This document shows, one piece after another, positions 6,157-14,638 of a DNA stretch of 14,638 nt. Every line of letters starts with the position of its first letter. Positions within the stretch are counted from its first letter, which is position 1. This DNA is from Nitrospinota bacterium. Lineage in GTDB: Bacteria > UBA8248. A model generated the notes under the pieces. That model was given only the letters and a program-made list of their open reading frames with translations, was not told where the DNA came from and searched no databases. The position numbers were made by a program, and so were the translations under genes. The stretch spans positions 1 through 14,638 of the forward strand of contig JAYGFR010000149.1 of NCBI GenBank assembly GCA_046581755.1, in the 5' to 3' direction.

Positions 6157-6933
6157 ATGGGACGTCTCGAGGGGAAGACTTGCATCGTCGCGGGTGGCGC
6201 TCGCGGCATCGGCGCGAAGACCTGCGAATTTTATGCGGCGGAGGGCGGCCGGGTCGTGATCGGGGACGTGCGGGAGGAACTCGGCGCGGAGCTCGCCGCC
6301 AAGATCGGCAAGCGGGCGGTTTTCCAGCCGCTCGACGTGACCGACCCGGAATCGTGCCGGGCGGCGGTCGAGCGGGCGGCGGGTGAATTCGGATCCGCCG
6401 ATCATCTGGTCAACTGCGCGATCAAGATGGACCCGGCCCCGCTGATCGACCTCAAGCTCGAAAGCTGGAAGCTGGTCGTCGATATCGGCCTGACGGGGAT
6501 GTTCCTCATGTGCCAGGCGTTCGGGAGGTGGGCGATCGAAAACGGCCGGGCCGCCTCGATCGTGAATCTCTCCTCGAACGCCGGCGTCCAGCCCTACGGA
6601 ATGTCGGGGGCCTACAGCACCGTCAAGGCGGGTATCATCATGCTGACCCAGCATTTCGCCATCGAATGGGCGCGAAATAAAATCCGGGCGAACACCATCT
6701 GCCCGGGGCACACCGAGACGCCGCTGACGGCCTACCTGCAGGACCCGGAAATCAAAAAGGGAAGGAGCGAGGTCACCCCCTTGGGCCGGGTGGGCCAGCC
6801 CGAGGACATCGCCCACGGAATTCTCTTTCTTCTATCGGACGAGGCGGACTACATCACCGCCGCCCGGCTGGATATCGACGGGGGCCTCACCAGCAGCATC
6901 TTCAACCACATGCCGGGAAGAAAATGGGATTGA
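6157..6933 (+). CDS. Short-chain dehydrogenase/reductase, paralogue of the upstream SDR
   Basis: AGGARGIG, IGDVR, NLSS, YSTVK, IRANTICPG and GRVGQPEDIA. Start 6157 is preferred over 6148 because of its spacing from AGGAGG 6142-6147. Confidence 0.92.
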   Translation: MGRLEGKTCIVAGGARGIGAKTCEFYAAEGGRVVIGDVREELGAELAAKIGKRAVFQPLDVTDPESCRAAVERAAGEFGSADHLVNCAIKMDPAPLIDLKLESWKLVVDIGLTGMFLMCQAFGRWAIENGRAASIVNLSSNAGVQPYGMSGAYSTVKAGIIMLTQHFAIEWARNKIRANTICPGHTETPLTAYLQDPEIKKGRSEVTPLGRVGQPEDIAHGILFLLSDEADYITAARLDIDGGLTSSIFNHMPGRKWD

Positions 6934-6954
6934 CGGCGCCTTTTTCCGCCGCGC

Positions 6955-8331
6955 CTATCTCTCGCGGCAGGCCGCGGTCACCTCGGCCGCCCCGCCCCGG
7001 CTGTCCAGATTCATCACGGCATCGATAACGCCCTGAATCCTTCCGGGGGGCAGCCCCCGTCCGGCGTTGCCCCGGAATTTTTCCTCGACATCGGCTCGGT
7101 TCATGGGGTTTTCCGGGTTGCCCCAGTTGACGGGCTCCTCGCGCTCCAGTGTGCGCCCGTCCGCGAGCTTCATCCGGACGCCGCCGTGCAGGTACTTGGG
7201 AAACCGGTCCGAGTCCACGGTGATGTAGCTGAATTTTCCGGCCAGGGCGAGGATCTCCGGATCGCCCAGATTCTCCTCGTCGAAATCGGCGAGCTCCGCG
7301 CGCCCCTTAACCGCGCTCAGCGCCATGCAGTAGGGCAGGCTGAACAGGGCGGCGTAGGAGGATTCCGGTTTTTTCTTCTGCTCAACCGGCTCGCAAACGA
7401 GGTGCGCGATGGGCTCGGGGATCACGGCTTCAAAGGCCTCGATCTCCTCCGGGCGGATGCCGGCCTCGCGGACCAGGTATTTTGCCGCGTCCATGGCGGC
7501 GTGGTTAAAGTGGCAGCAGGGATAGGGCTTGAAGGAGATGTTCAGCGTCTCCCAGCGCTCCCCGAAGCCGCCCGCCAGCGCCTCGGGGTCGTATTCGCGG
7601 TCCTGGACATGGGTGGCGTAGAGCCCGAAGCGGCCCTCGAAGACCTTGCGCGGGCCCAGATACCCGTGGCCCGCGAGCTGGGCGGCGGTGATGCCGGCGT
7701 GGCAGGCCCATCCGGGGTGAAAGCGCTTCGCCCAGGAGCCGTCGTCCAGGAACTCCTGGATTCCCGAGGCCTGGCTGCCGGCCGTCCCCATCGCGTTGGC
7801 GATGACCTCAGGGGCGTGGCCCCAGAGACTCCCCGCGATGGCCACGGCGCCGAACGTGCCGCAGATGGGGGTGGCGTGGTAGCCCTTGGCGTGAAAGCCG
7901 CCCTTCATGGCCCCGCCCACCCGGGCGATGATCTCGTATCCCGCCACCATGGCAGCGAGAATTTCTTTGCCCCCCGCGCCGGCCGCCTCACCCACGGCCA
8001 GGGCGGTGGGCACCACGCAGGCGCTGACGTGGGTGATGGATTCGGTGTGCGTGTCGTCGAAGTCGATCCCGTGGATCAGGCTCCCGTTCACCATGGCGGC
8101 GTGCGCGGCGGGGAGCTTGTCGCCGTAGCGGAGGAGGGTGGCCTGGGGCGCGCCGCCCCATTCGCGCGCCACCGCGACGATCCCCTTAGCGTAGTTCTCC
8201 TCGGTGGAGGCGAGGCCGATGCCCAGGGCGTCGAGGATGTGGAGCTTGACCTTCTCGATGACCTGGGAGGGGATGTCCTCATAGCGCAGGGCGGCGGCGA
8301 AGGCGGAAAGTTTGTCGCTCATCGTTTCCAT
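6955..8331 (-). CDS. MmgE/PrpD family protein (third in operon)
   Basis: NGSLIHGIDFDDTH....TH, GYHATPICGTFGA, KRFHPGW, FKPYPCCHFNH and GNPENPM....VEEKF motifs. Confidence 0.92.
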   Translation of the reverse strand: METMSDKLSAFAAALRYEDIPSQVIEKVKLHILDALGIGLASTEENYAKGIVAVAREWGGAPQATLLRYGDKLPAAHAAMVNGSLIHGIDFDDTHTESITHVSACVVPTALAVGEAAGAGGKEILAAMVAGYEIIARVGGAMKGGFHAKGYHATPICGTFGAVAIAGSLWGHAPEVIANAMGTAGSQASGIQEFLDDGSWAKRFHPGWACHAGITAAQLAGHGYLGPRKVFEGRFGLYATHVQDREYDPEALAGGFGERWETLNISFKPYPCCHFNHAAMDAAKYLVREAGIRPEEIEAFEAVIPEPIAHLVCEPVEQKKKPESSYAALFSLPYCMALSAVKGRAELADFDEENLGDPEILALAGKFSYITVDSDRFPKYLHGGVRMKLADGRTLEREEPVNWGNPENPMNRADVEEKFRGNAGRGLPPGRIQGVIDAVMNLDSRGGAAEVTAACRER

Positions 8332-8371
8332 GGGCTGTCTCCGTTCAAAGGGTGGCGCCGATCCGCGAGGT

Positions 8372-9760
8372 TCAGGCTCCGGCCGCCGGAAGCGAGGCCG
8401 CGAGGCGGCTCACCACGGGCGCCAGGGAGTCCAGTTCGCCGATCCTCTGGGATATTTCGATGAGATAGGCCTGAAGCTCATCATCGATGATGGATTCGGT
8501 CACCCACCGGAATTTTTCGGCGACCTCGCCAAAGGCCATCGGGTTTTGCGGAGATCCCCTCGGGCCTTCCCGGGAGCTGGTGTAGGTCCCCCCGCTTTTG
8601 GTTCGAACCGTGACTTTTCCGGGAAATGTTTGGGGATATTTTTTCTCGATCTCGGGGTCCACCGTGAAACGCGCCCGCTGGGCCAGGGCGACGATGGCCG
8701 AATCCGAAAACCGCTCTTCCGAGAACTGGGCCGGTCCGGCCGCGCCGTCGGCCAGAGCGACGGCGGCGCAGTATTCGATGTTCATCTGGGCGTTCAACGC
8801 GGTGAGGGGCTCGTATTTCCAGCTGCACTGCCTCTCGACCACGCTGTGGTTGAAGATTTCGATCTCCTCGATATCCTCCGGCTTGAGGGCGTTCTTTTCG
8901 CGAAGGTCCAGGATGGCGTCGATGGTGGAGTGGACGCTTCCGCAGCAGCAATAGGGCTTGATCGAGGTGTCGATCGCCTCCCAGCGTGTGCCCAGGCCCT
9001 CGGTGAGCAGGGCGGGATCGCCCTCGCCGCTGAAGGCCGAAAGAAATCCCCCGTCGCCGAACTCGAATATCTGCGTCGGGCCGGTGTAGCCCCTCCGGGC
9101 GAGGTCGGCCGCGAGCAGGCCGGCCTGGGCCGCGCGGCCGCCGTGAAAACGCTTGGTCTCGGAGCCGTCACAGTTAAACGCCCAGAGGCCGGCGGATTGG
9201 GTCCCCGCCAGGCCCAGCGCGTTGGCCGTGGTCTCCGGGCCGAGCCCGAGGAGGCGGCTGGCCACCGCCGCCGCGCCGAAGGTGCCGCAGATGCCGGTGA
9301 GGTGAAAGCCGCGCTTTCGGACGGCTATCGAGCCCGCCGCCAGGCTGGTGCGGATCATCGTCTCGTATCCGGCCGCGGCCGCCGCCAGGAAGGTTTTTCC
9401 GTCCGACCCCAAAAATTCGGCCAGCGGAATGGCGGCGGCGAAGACGGGTCCGCCCGGATGCAGCTTGGCGCCGCCGTGGTAGTCGTCGAGCTCGTAGGCG
9501 TGCATCCAGGTGCCCAGGCAGAGGCCGACGCTCTCGAGGGGGCCGCGCCAGCCGTGTCTCCAGAGGGAGGCTTCCTCTTTTCCGCCTTTTTCCAGCGCCT
9601 GCGCGGCGAGAATCCGCCCCGATCGGGTGATGATTCCGTACAGGCCGCAGCCCACGGTGTCGAGAAATAATTTGCTCATCGAGGAGCGCAACTCGCCGGG
9701 CAAATCGCCGTATTCGATTTGGCTGATGAAACGGGAAAGATCGCGTGTGGGTGAGGTCAT
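8372..9760 (-). CDS. MmgE/PrpD family protein (second in operon)
   Basis: HAYELDDYH....LHPG, GFHLTGICGTFGAA, TKRFHGG, IKPYCCCGSVH and GSPQNPM...EVAEKF. 4-bp overlap with the upstream gene. Confidence 0.92.
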   Translation of the reverse strand: MTSPTRDLSRFISQIEYGDLPGELRSSMSKLFLDTVGCGLYGIITRSGRILAAQALEKGGKEEASLWRHGWRGPLESVGLCLGTWMHAYELDDYHGGAKLHPGGPVFAAAIPLAEFLGSDGKTFLAAAAAGYETMIRTSLAAGSIAVRKRGFHLTGICGTFGAAAVASRLLGLGPETTANALGLAGTQSAGLWAFNCDGSETKRFHGGRAAQAGLLAADLARRGYTGPTQIFEFGDGGFLSAFSGEGDPALLTEGLGTRWEAIDTSIKPYCCCGSVHSTIDAILDLREKNALKPEDIEEIEIFNHSVVERQCSWKYEPLTALNAQMNIEYCAAVALADGAAGPAQFSEERFSDSAIVALAQRARFTVDPEIEKKYPQTFPGKVTVRTKSGGTYTSSREGPRGSPQNPMAFGEVAEKFRWVTESIIDDELQAYLIEISQRIGELDSLAPVVSRLAASLPAAGA

Positions 9761-11181
9761 GAAGGCAGCTCCCGTCCGGTTACCCGGTTCTCGAAACAGC
9801 CCGCGATATCGGTCATCTCCTCCACCCCGGCCGGGGAGAGTTTTTCCAGCGAGGCGCAGAGTTCGATCAACCGCTCGGCGGCGGATTCATCCAGGCGCAG
9901 CCGCAGGCAGTCCCGGATTTTCTTCATGTGCTCGTCCCGGGAGACCTTGGGCGCTCCCCAGAAATCCTTCGGGCCATCGCACCGGGCCGCGGTGCTATCG
10001 CCGTTTTTGAGTGTGACCGAGATTTCCACGTACATTTTGTCCATGTCTTTGGGAATGTCTTCCGATTGGACGAAGGTGGTTTTTCCGAGGAGTTCCTGGA
10101 CATCGCTCTTTTGCACGCGGCTGTCCTTGAAGGTGCCGATCCCGACTTCTCCGTCCAGGAGCGCGGCGGTGGCGGCGTACTGGAAACTGAACTTTCCCTC
10201 GAGGCCCGTTTGGGGCGCGGGCCGGTTCACATAGTTCATGACGGGGCCCGTGATTTTCACCGAGGCGATTTCAGAGGGATTGGAAACCCGCGAATGGAGT
10301 TCCAGGGCGGCGGTGATGACGAAGTGGGAGGGGTATTGGGAGGGAAACTGCTTGATGGCGAAGCCGGGGTCCACCATGCGGTAGGGCTGCCCGAACGCGA
10401 GGAGCGCGGTGTAGTCGAATTCCTCCAGAAAAAAAGCGTCCCGGTACCCGTTTTCCGCCTCGATCACGGATGGATTCCCGGTAAAGCCCCGCGCCGCAAG
10501 CATGGCGGCCTCCAGGCCCAGCGAGGCGGAGTAGCCGCAATGGGTGGCCTTGGTCATGGTGCCGATGTTGCCGATAAGGCTTCCCGCGCGGGAGGCCGCA
10601 ATGCCCAGGGCGTTCGAAAGCTGCCCGGCATTCAGCCCGAGGAGATGGCCCGCGCCCACGGCGGCTCCCATCACGCCGAGATATCCCGGCGGATGGTGAA
10701 CGAGAAGGGCCGGGGCGTAGAGCTTGCCCGCGAGATTGAGGCGCCCTTGAATCTCGCAGGCCTTGATGAAAGCGGCGAGGGTCTCGCGCCCATCCGCCTT
10801 TTTTATTCCCGCGGCCGCCAGCACCGAGGGCAGGGAGGGCGAGACCGCGTGGGTGGGCGGCATCCACATGGGCTCGAAATCCAGGACGTGAATCGAAATG
10901 CCGTTCACGAGGGCCGCCGCGACCGGATTGGCCCGAATGCCCATGCCCAGAACGGCGGAATCGCCCCCTCCGCCGAGGCTTTGGATATGGGCCGCCGCGA
11001 TGCGGGGGCCTTCCTCGTCCGCGCCCGCGATGCCCACGGCAATGCCGTCGAGCATCACGCGCTTGGCCACCTCGACCGCCTCCGGTGGAAGGGAGCCGAA
11101 GCCGATTTCCGTAATCGTTTGGCAGAGGCGCTCGGTGATGCCGGACGGCCGCGCCTGATCCCCCTTTTTGCCTTGCATCAT
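9757..11181 (-). CDS. MmgE/PrpD family protein, cis-aconitate decarboxylase (ACOD1/IRG1)-like subgroup
   Basis: MmgE/PrpD architecture with AALVNGISIHVLDFEPMWMPPTH, EIQGRL, HHPP, TMTKATH, AIKQFP, YVNRP.P, SFQY, LLDG and YVEISVTLKNG. Starts immediately after the tcuA-like stop. Confidence 0.88.
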   Translation of the reverse strand: MMQGKKGDQARPSGITERLCQTITEIGFGSLPPEAVEVAKRVMLDGIAVGIAGADEEGPRIAAAHIQSLGGGGDSAVLGMGIRANPVAAALVNGISIHVLDFEPMWMPPTHAVSPSLPSVLAAAGIKKADGRETLAAFIKACEIQGRLNLAGKLYAPALLVHHPPGYLGVMGAAVGAGHLLGLNAGQLSNALGIAASRAGSLIGNIGTMTKATHCGYSASLGLEAAMLAARGFTGNPSVIEAENGYRDAFFLEEFDYTALLAFGQPYRMVDPGFAIKQFPSQYPSHFVITAALELHSRVSNPSEIASVKITGPVMNYVNRPAPQTGLEGKFSFQYAATAALLDGEVGIGTFKDSRVQKSDVQELLGKTTFVQSEDIPKDMDKMYVEISVTLKNGDSTAARCDGPKDFWGAPKVSRDEHMKKIRDCLRLRLDESAAERLIELCASLEKLSPAGVEEMTDIAGCFENRVTGRELPS

Positions 11182-12693
11182 TCAGGCCCCGTTCGCCATG
11201 GCCCCGGCGTTCGTTCCCGCGATTTTTCCGAAAACGGCGCCCCGGACGAGCCCCGCGCCTCCCGGATAGTTCTGGTAGAAAAACCCGCCCGCGATTTCGC
11301 CCGTGGCGAAGAGGCCGGGGATGGGCCGCTCCAGGTGATCGGTGACGGCGGCGTCGGTATTGATTCGAATTCCGCCGAAGGTGAACGTGATCCCCACCGT
11401 GACCCCGTACACCCGGTAGGGAGGCGAATCGATGGGCACGGCCCAGTTGGTCTTTTCGGGGTCGAGCCCCCGAGTGGCCTTTCCGTCCTTGATGGTCGGG
11501 TCGAAGCGCCCCTCCCCGCAGGCCGCGTTGAAGCTGTGGATCGATTCGATGAAGGCATCCTTGTCGAATCCCATGTGGCCGTATTTTCGATCGACCGCCC
11601 CGACCAGCTCCTCGACGGTATCCGCTTCGAGCGGAACGCCCGTGCTATAGCGCGGCTCGAGGTAGGGGACAGTCTTTTGGTCGAATACCTGGAAGGTGAT
11701 CGCGTTGCGCTGTTTGAGAATCTCCTTGCCCATCTTGGCGTAGGTGTAGAGCACCGTGTCCTCGCCCTCGTCCGCGAAGCGCTTGCCCTCCAGGTTGAGC
11801 ATGACCCCGTAGAGATAGGAAAGGCGGTTGGTCTTGTCGGTGAGCTTCAGATCGCCGTATACCGGCGCGTCCGAGTCGATGGGCGTGGCGTGGCAGCCCG
11901 ACCACTCGCCGTAGCTCTGGGCGCCGATGTCGAGCGCAGCCCGGGTCAGGTCGCCCGTATTGAAGCGCGTTCCCCGGACCTTGACCAGGCTCCAGTCCGG
12001 GCCCAGGTAGGAGGTCCGCATGTTGGGGCTGGACTGAAACCCGCCGCTACCCAGCACCACCGCCCGGCACCGGATCGTCCGGCCGCCCTCGGGCCCGCGG
12101 ACCTCGACCCCCGCCGCCTCGCCGGCCGGGCCCGTCACGATGCGGTGGGCCTGGGTCTCGTAGAGGACGGGAATATCCGCCTCGTCCAGGAGCCGGAACA
12201 GATTCGCCGAAAGGCCCACCCCTTCGTGCAGGCTGCGGATGGCGCTCCCCGGGGCGAGCTTGATCTTCTCCTGATCGCCGGTGCTGACCCCGCCCACCAC
12301 CCGGCTGAACTCGAAGGGCACGCCCAGGTCGGCCATCCAGCAGACAGTCTCGTAGGATCGCTCGACCATTACCCTGGTCAGCTCCGGATCGGAGCGCCCG
12401 CCCGTCACCCGCGCCATGTCGGCGTAGTAATCATCCGCCGTGTAGGGGTCCGCGATGATGTCGCGGGGGGCGTCGTTGTCCTTGACGATGGGCAGGAGGT
12501 CTTCGACGCTGTTATAGGTGTGCCGGAAAATTCCTCCGGTGAACCGCGTGTTGCCGCCCCGGAGGTCCTTGCTGGCCTTCTCCAGAACGGCCACGCGGGC
12601 GCCTTCGGCATGGGCCGCGAGGGCCGCCGTGATCGCCGCGTTTCCTGCTCCCACCACCACGACATCGAATAAATCCTGGTTGGAATCGCTCAA
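11182..12693 (-). CDS. tcuA: FAD-dependent tricarballylate dehydrogenase TcuA/CobZ-like flavoprotein
   Basis: DVVVVGAGNAA..AALAA...GA.V.VLEKA....RGGNTRFT, GGF, VRG...NTGD, GITFTFGG and NYPGG.GL..G.VFG. TTG start at 12693 is inferred from GGAGGAG just upstream. Family is clear; substrate is not proven. Confidence 0.8.
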   Translation of the reverse strand: MSDSNQDLFDVVVVGAGNAAITAALAAHAEGARVAVLEKASKDLRGGNTRFTGGIFRHTYNSVEDLLPIVKDNDAPRDIIADPYTADDYYADMARVTGGRSDPELTRVMVERSYETVCWMADLGVPFEFSRVVGGVSTGDQEKIKLAPGSAIRSLHEGVGLSANLFRLLDEADIPVLYETQAHRIVTGPAGEAAGVEVRGPEGGRTIRCRAVVLGSGGFQSSPNMRTSYLGPDWSLVKVRGTRFNTGDLTRAALDIGAQSYGEWSGCHATPIDSDAPVYGDLKLTDKTNRLSYLYGVMLNLEGKRFADEGEDTVLYTYAKMGKEILKQRNAITFQVFDQKTVPYLEPRYSTGVPLEADTVEELVGAVDRKYGHMGFDKDAFIESIHSFNAACGEGRFDPTIKDGKATRGLDPEKTNWAVPIDSPPYRVYGVTVGITFTFGGIRINTDAAVTDHLERPIPGLFATGEIAGGFFYQNYPGGAGLVRGAVFGKIAGTNAGAMANGA

Positions 12694-12721
12694 GGTTCTC
12701 TCTCCTCCCAGCGCGGGATTC

Positions 12722-12760
12722 CCGCACATCCGCGGGCGGGGATGTCCCGCGGATGTGCGG
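12722..12760. repeat. Perfect 15-bp inverted repeat (hairpin) in the leader of the tcuA-like operon
   Basis: CCGCACATCCGCGGG (12722-12736), 9-nt loop, CCCGCGGATGTGCGG (12746-12760). Confidence 0.8.
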
Positions 12761-12862
12761 CTCCGCTGACTGGTCTCGCTGCAAATAGAAAGGCTTCGGA
12801 AACCGTGGAATCAACGCCAATGCGCGGATGGTTTCTTCGGAAAAGCTTCCAAGACGAAGGTG

Positions 12863-12891
12863 ATTATTATGCTTTTTCCGGATTGCCGCAA
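12863..12891 (-). promoter_or_regulatory. Putative sigma70 promoter of the tcuA-like/MmgE operon
   Basis: On the - strand: TTGCGG (12891-12886), 17 nt, AATAAT (12868-12863). Confidence 0.35.
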
Positions 12892-13252
12892 CGAGGGCGG
12901 AATCGATTCAAGGCCGGTTTTGGCCCCATTCGCGGGGAAAGGGCGGGGCGGCCACACGCAGCCCGGATTTCGGAGCGAATCATCCATGAAACGGCCGCTC
13001 TTTCGGCTCCGCGCGGGTTCGGGGTGTGGGCAATCCTCTCCCGCCCCGGGCGAGGTCCCGTATCCGGCGGCGAGCGGCAGATCATGAAACGTATTCGAAA
13101 TATTCCGGCAACATGAATTTAACCTCAGGGAAATACCCCCGAAATCCCCCTCGGCTAGATTTCTCCTACGGATTCGAAGATTGCCCATGCACATCAGGCC
13201 GGCCTTCCGGCGATTGGCTAATTCAACTCTAATACGAGGGAGTCAGGAAATC

Positions 13253-14596
13253 ATGAAGAAAAAAAAGGAACGAGAGGGGGCAGTAAAAGGGGCTTCTAAA
13301 AACGAAGCTATCTCCCGCCGAAGTTTCATGCGAAAGACGGGGGCATTCGGCCTGGGAGCGGTTGCCGTGAGCGCGCTTCCGTTTCCGAACGTTCTCCGGG
13401 CGGCCGAGCCCATCAAGGCGGGTATCTTGCATTCGCTCAGCGGGACCATGGCGATCAGCGAGGTCTCCCTCCGCGACGTGGTGATGATGGCGTTTGAGGA
13501 GATCAACTCCAAGGGCGGCGTCACGGGCCGGCCCATCAAGCCGGTCGTGGTCGATCCCGCGTCCGACTGGGATCTTTTCGCCGAAAAAGCGAAGCGGCTT
13601 CTCCTCAAGGACAAGGTGTCCGTCACCTTCGGTTGCTGGACCTCGGTGAGCCGGAAATCCGTCCTGCCGGTGTTCGAGAAGAACAACGGCCTCCTCTTCT
13701 ACCCGGTGCAGTACGAGGGCGAGGAGTGCTCGAAGAATGTCTTCTACACCGGCGCGACGCCCAACCAGCAGCTCATTCCGGCGGCCGCATATCTCATGAG
13801 CGAGGACGGGGGCGGCTTCAAGAAGTTCTATCTGCTGGGGACGGACTATGTGTTCCCGAGGACGGCGAACAAGATTCTGCGCGCCTTCCTGCTGGCGAAG
13901 GGGGTTCCCGCCGCGAACATCATGGAAGAGTACACGCCCTTCCATCACCAGGACTACCAGACCATCGTGGGCAAGGTGAAATCCTTCGCCTCGGCCGGCG
14001 ACGCGGCCGTCCTGAGCACGATCAACGGCGACAGCAACGTTCCCTTCTATAAAGAGTTCGCCAACCAGGGCCTTCGCTCCGAGGACGTGCCCATCATGGC
14101 CTTCAGCGTGGCCGAGGACGAGCTCCGCGGGATGGACGCCAAATCGGTGGTGGGCCACCTGGCCGCGTGGAACTACTACCAGTCCATCGACACGCCGCAA
14201 AACAAGAAATTCGTGGCGAACTTCAAGACCTACTGCAAAAAGAAGGGTCTTCCGGGCGGCGCCTCCCGCGTGACCGACGATCCGATCGAGGCGGCCTATC
14301 TGGGCGTCTACATCTGGAAACAGGCGGTCGAGAAGGCGGGATCGGTGAATGTCGATGACGTGCGCAAGGCGACCTACGGGATGGGATTCGAGGCGCCCGG
14401 CGGATTCAAGAAGATCGACGAGAAGAATCACCATCTCCACAAGCCGGTTCTCATCGGAGAGATTCTCAAAACGGGGCAGTTCCGGACCATCTCCCAGAGC
14501 AAGGGACTTGTGGCCCCGGAACCGTGGAGCAAATACACCAGCCCGGACAAAAGCTGCGACTGGGTGAATCATCAGGGGACATATAAAACGAGCTAA
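13253..14596 (+). CDS. urtA: Urea ABC transporter substrate-binding protein, Tat-exported
   Basis: Tat motif SRRSFM, then IKAGILHSLSGTMAISE, DPASDW, FGCWTSVSRKSVLPVFE, LLFYPVQYEGEE, GTDYVFPRTANKI, STINGDSNV.FYKE, GHLAAWNY and VTDDPIEAAY. Start 13253 chosen from purine-rich RBS candidates at 13236-13248. Confidence 0.93.
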   Translation: MKKKKEREGAVKGASKNEAISRRSFMRKTGAFGLGAVAVSALPFPNVLRAAEPIKAGILHSLSGTMAISEVSLRDVVMMAFEEINSKGGVTGRPIKPVVVDPASDWDLFAEKAKRLLLKDKVSVTFGCWTSVSRKSVLPVFEKNNGLLFYPVQYEGEECSKNVFYTGATPNQQLIPAAAYLMSEDGGGFKKFYLLGTDYVFPRTANKILRAFLLAKGVPAANIMEEYTPFHHQDYQTIVGKVKSFASAGDAAVLSTINGDSNVPFYKEFANQGLRSEDVPIMAFSVAEDELRGMDAKSVVGHLAAWNYYQSIDTPQNKKFVANFKTYCKKKGLPGGASRVTDDPIEAAYLGVYIWKQAVEKAGSVNVDDVRKATYGMGFEAPGGFKKIDEKNHHLHKPVLIGEILKTGQFRTISQSKGLVAPEPWSKYTSPDKSCDWVNHQGTYKTS

Positions 14597-14638
14597 CCGA
14601 GGGGATCCGCGCCGGAAAAGGACGCCGCGTTTCGGCGG

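Noticed and set aside
6934..6954. Bidirectional terminator between the convergent SDR and MmgE operons
   Set aside because: Only a 5-bp stem (CGGCG/CGCCG), with the T-run inside the loop rather than after the stem. Too weak to call.
9928..12672. 914-aa + strand ORF, and similar long ORFs at 5002-6816, 7186-8463, 8312-9670, 13229-14572 and 600-1295
   Set aside because: These are antisense shadows of well-supported genes. High GC at third codon positions suppresses stops on the opposite strand, and they contain no recognisable motifs.
12742..13232. Short ORFs in the tcuA-urtA intergenic region
   Set aside because: No RBS, no motifs, mutually overlapping and low-complexity Arg/Pro/Gly composition. 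The region is better explained as divergent promoter DNA.

Overview
GC-rich bacterial chromosomal window, with no rRNA, tRNA, CRISPR array or mobile element recognised. From left to right: (1) a truncated D-2-hydroxyacid dehydrogenase remnant (-). (2) A two-gene + strand unit behind an extended -10 promoter. Its first gene, mis-started by the ORF track, begins at 672 and reads through an in-frame TGA in a U-x-x-C motif followed by a SECIS-like hairpin. It is a probable selenocysteine glutaredoxin/NrdH-redoxin fused to a DinB-like domain, followed by a second DinB-like gene. (3) A decaying stress module: a small 4-Cys membrane protein, three universal stress proteins (frameshifts, a premature stop, an apparent in-frame deletion) and an intact dihaem cytochrome c. 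(4) Two atypical paralogous SDR oxidoreductases. (5) A convergent - strand operon of a TcuA-like flavoprotein plus three MmgE/PrpD proteins. The first of these resembles animal cis-aconitate decarboxylase (ACOD1/IRG1). (6) A Tat-exported urea ABC transporter substrate-binding protein (UrtA). All family assignments come from motif recognition by eye; no database search was run.
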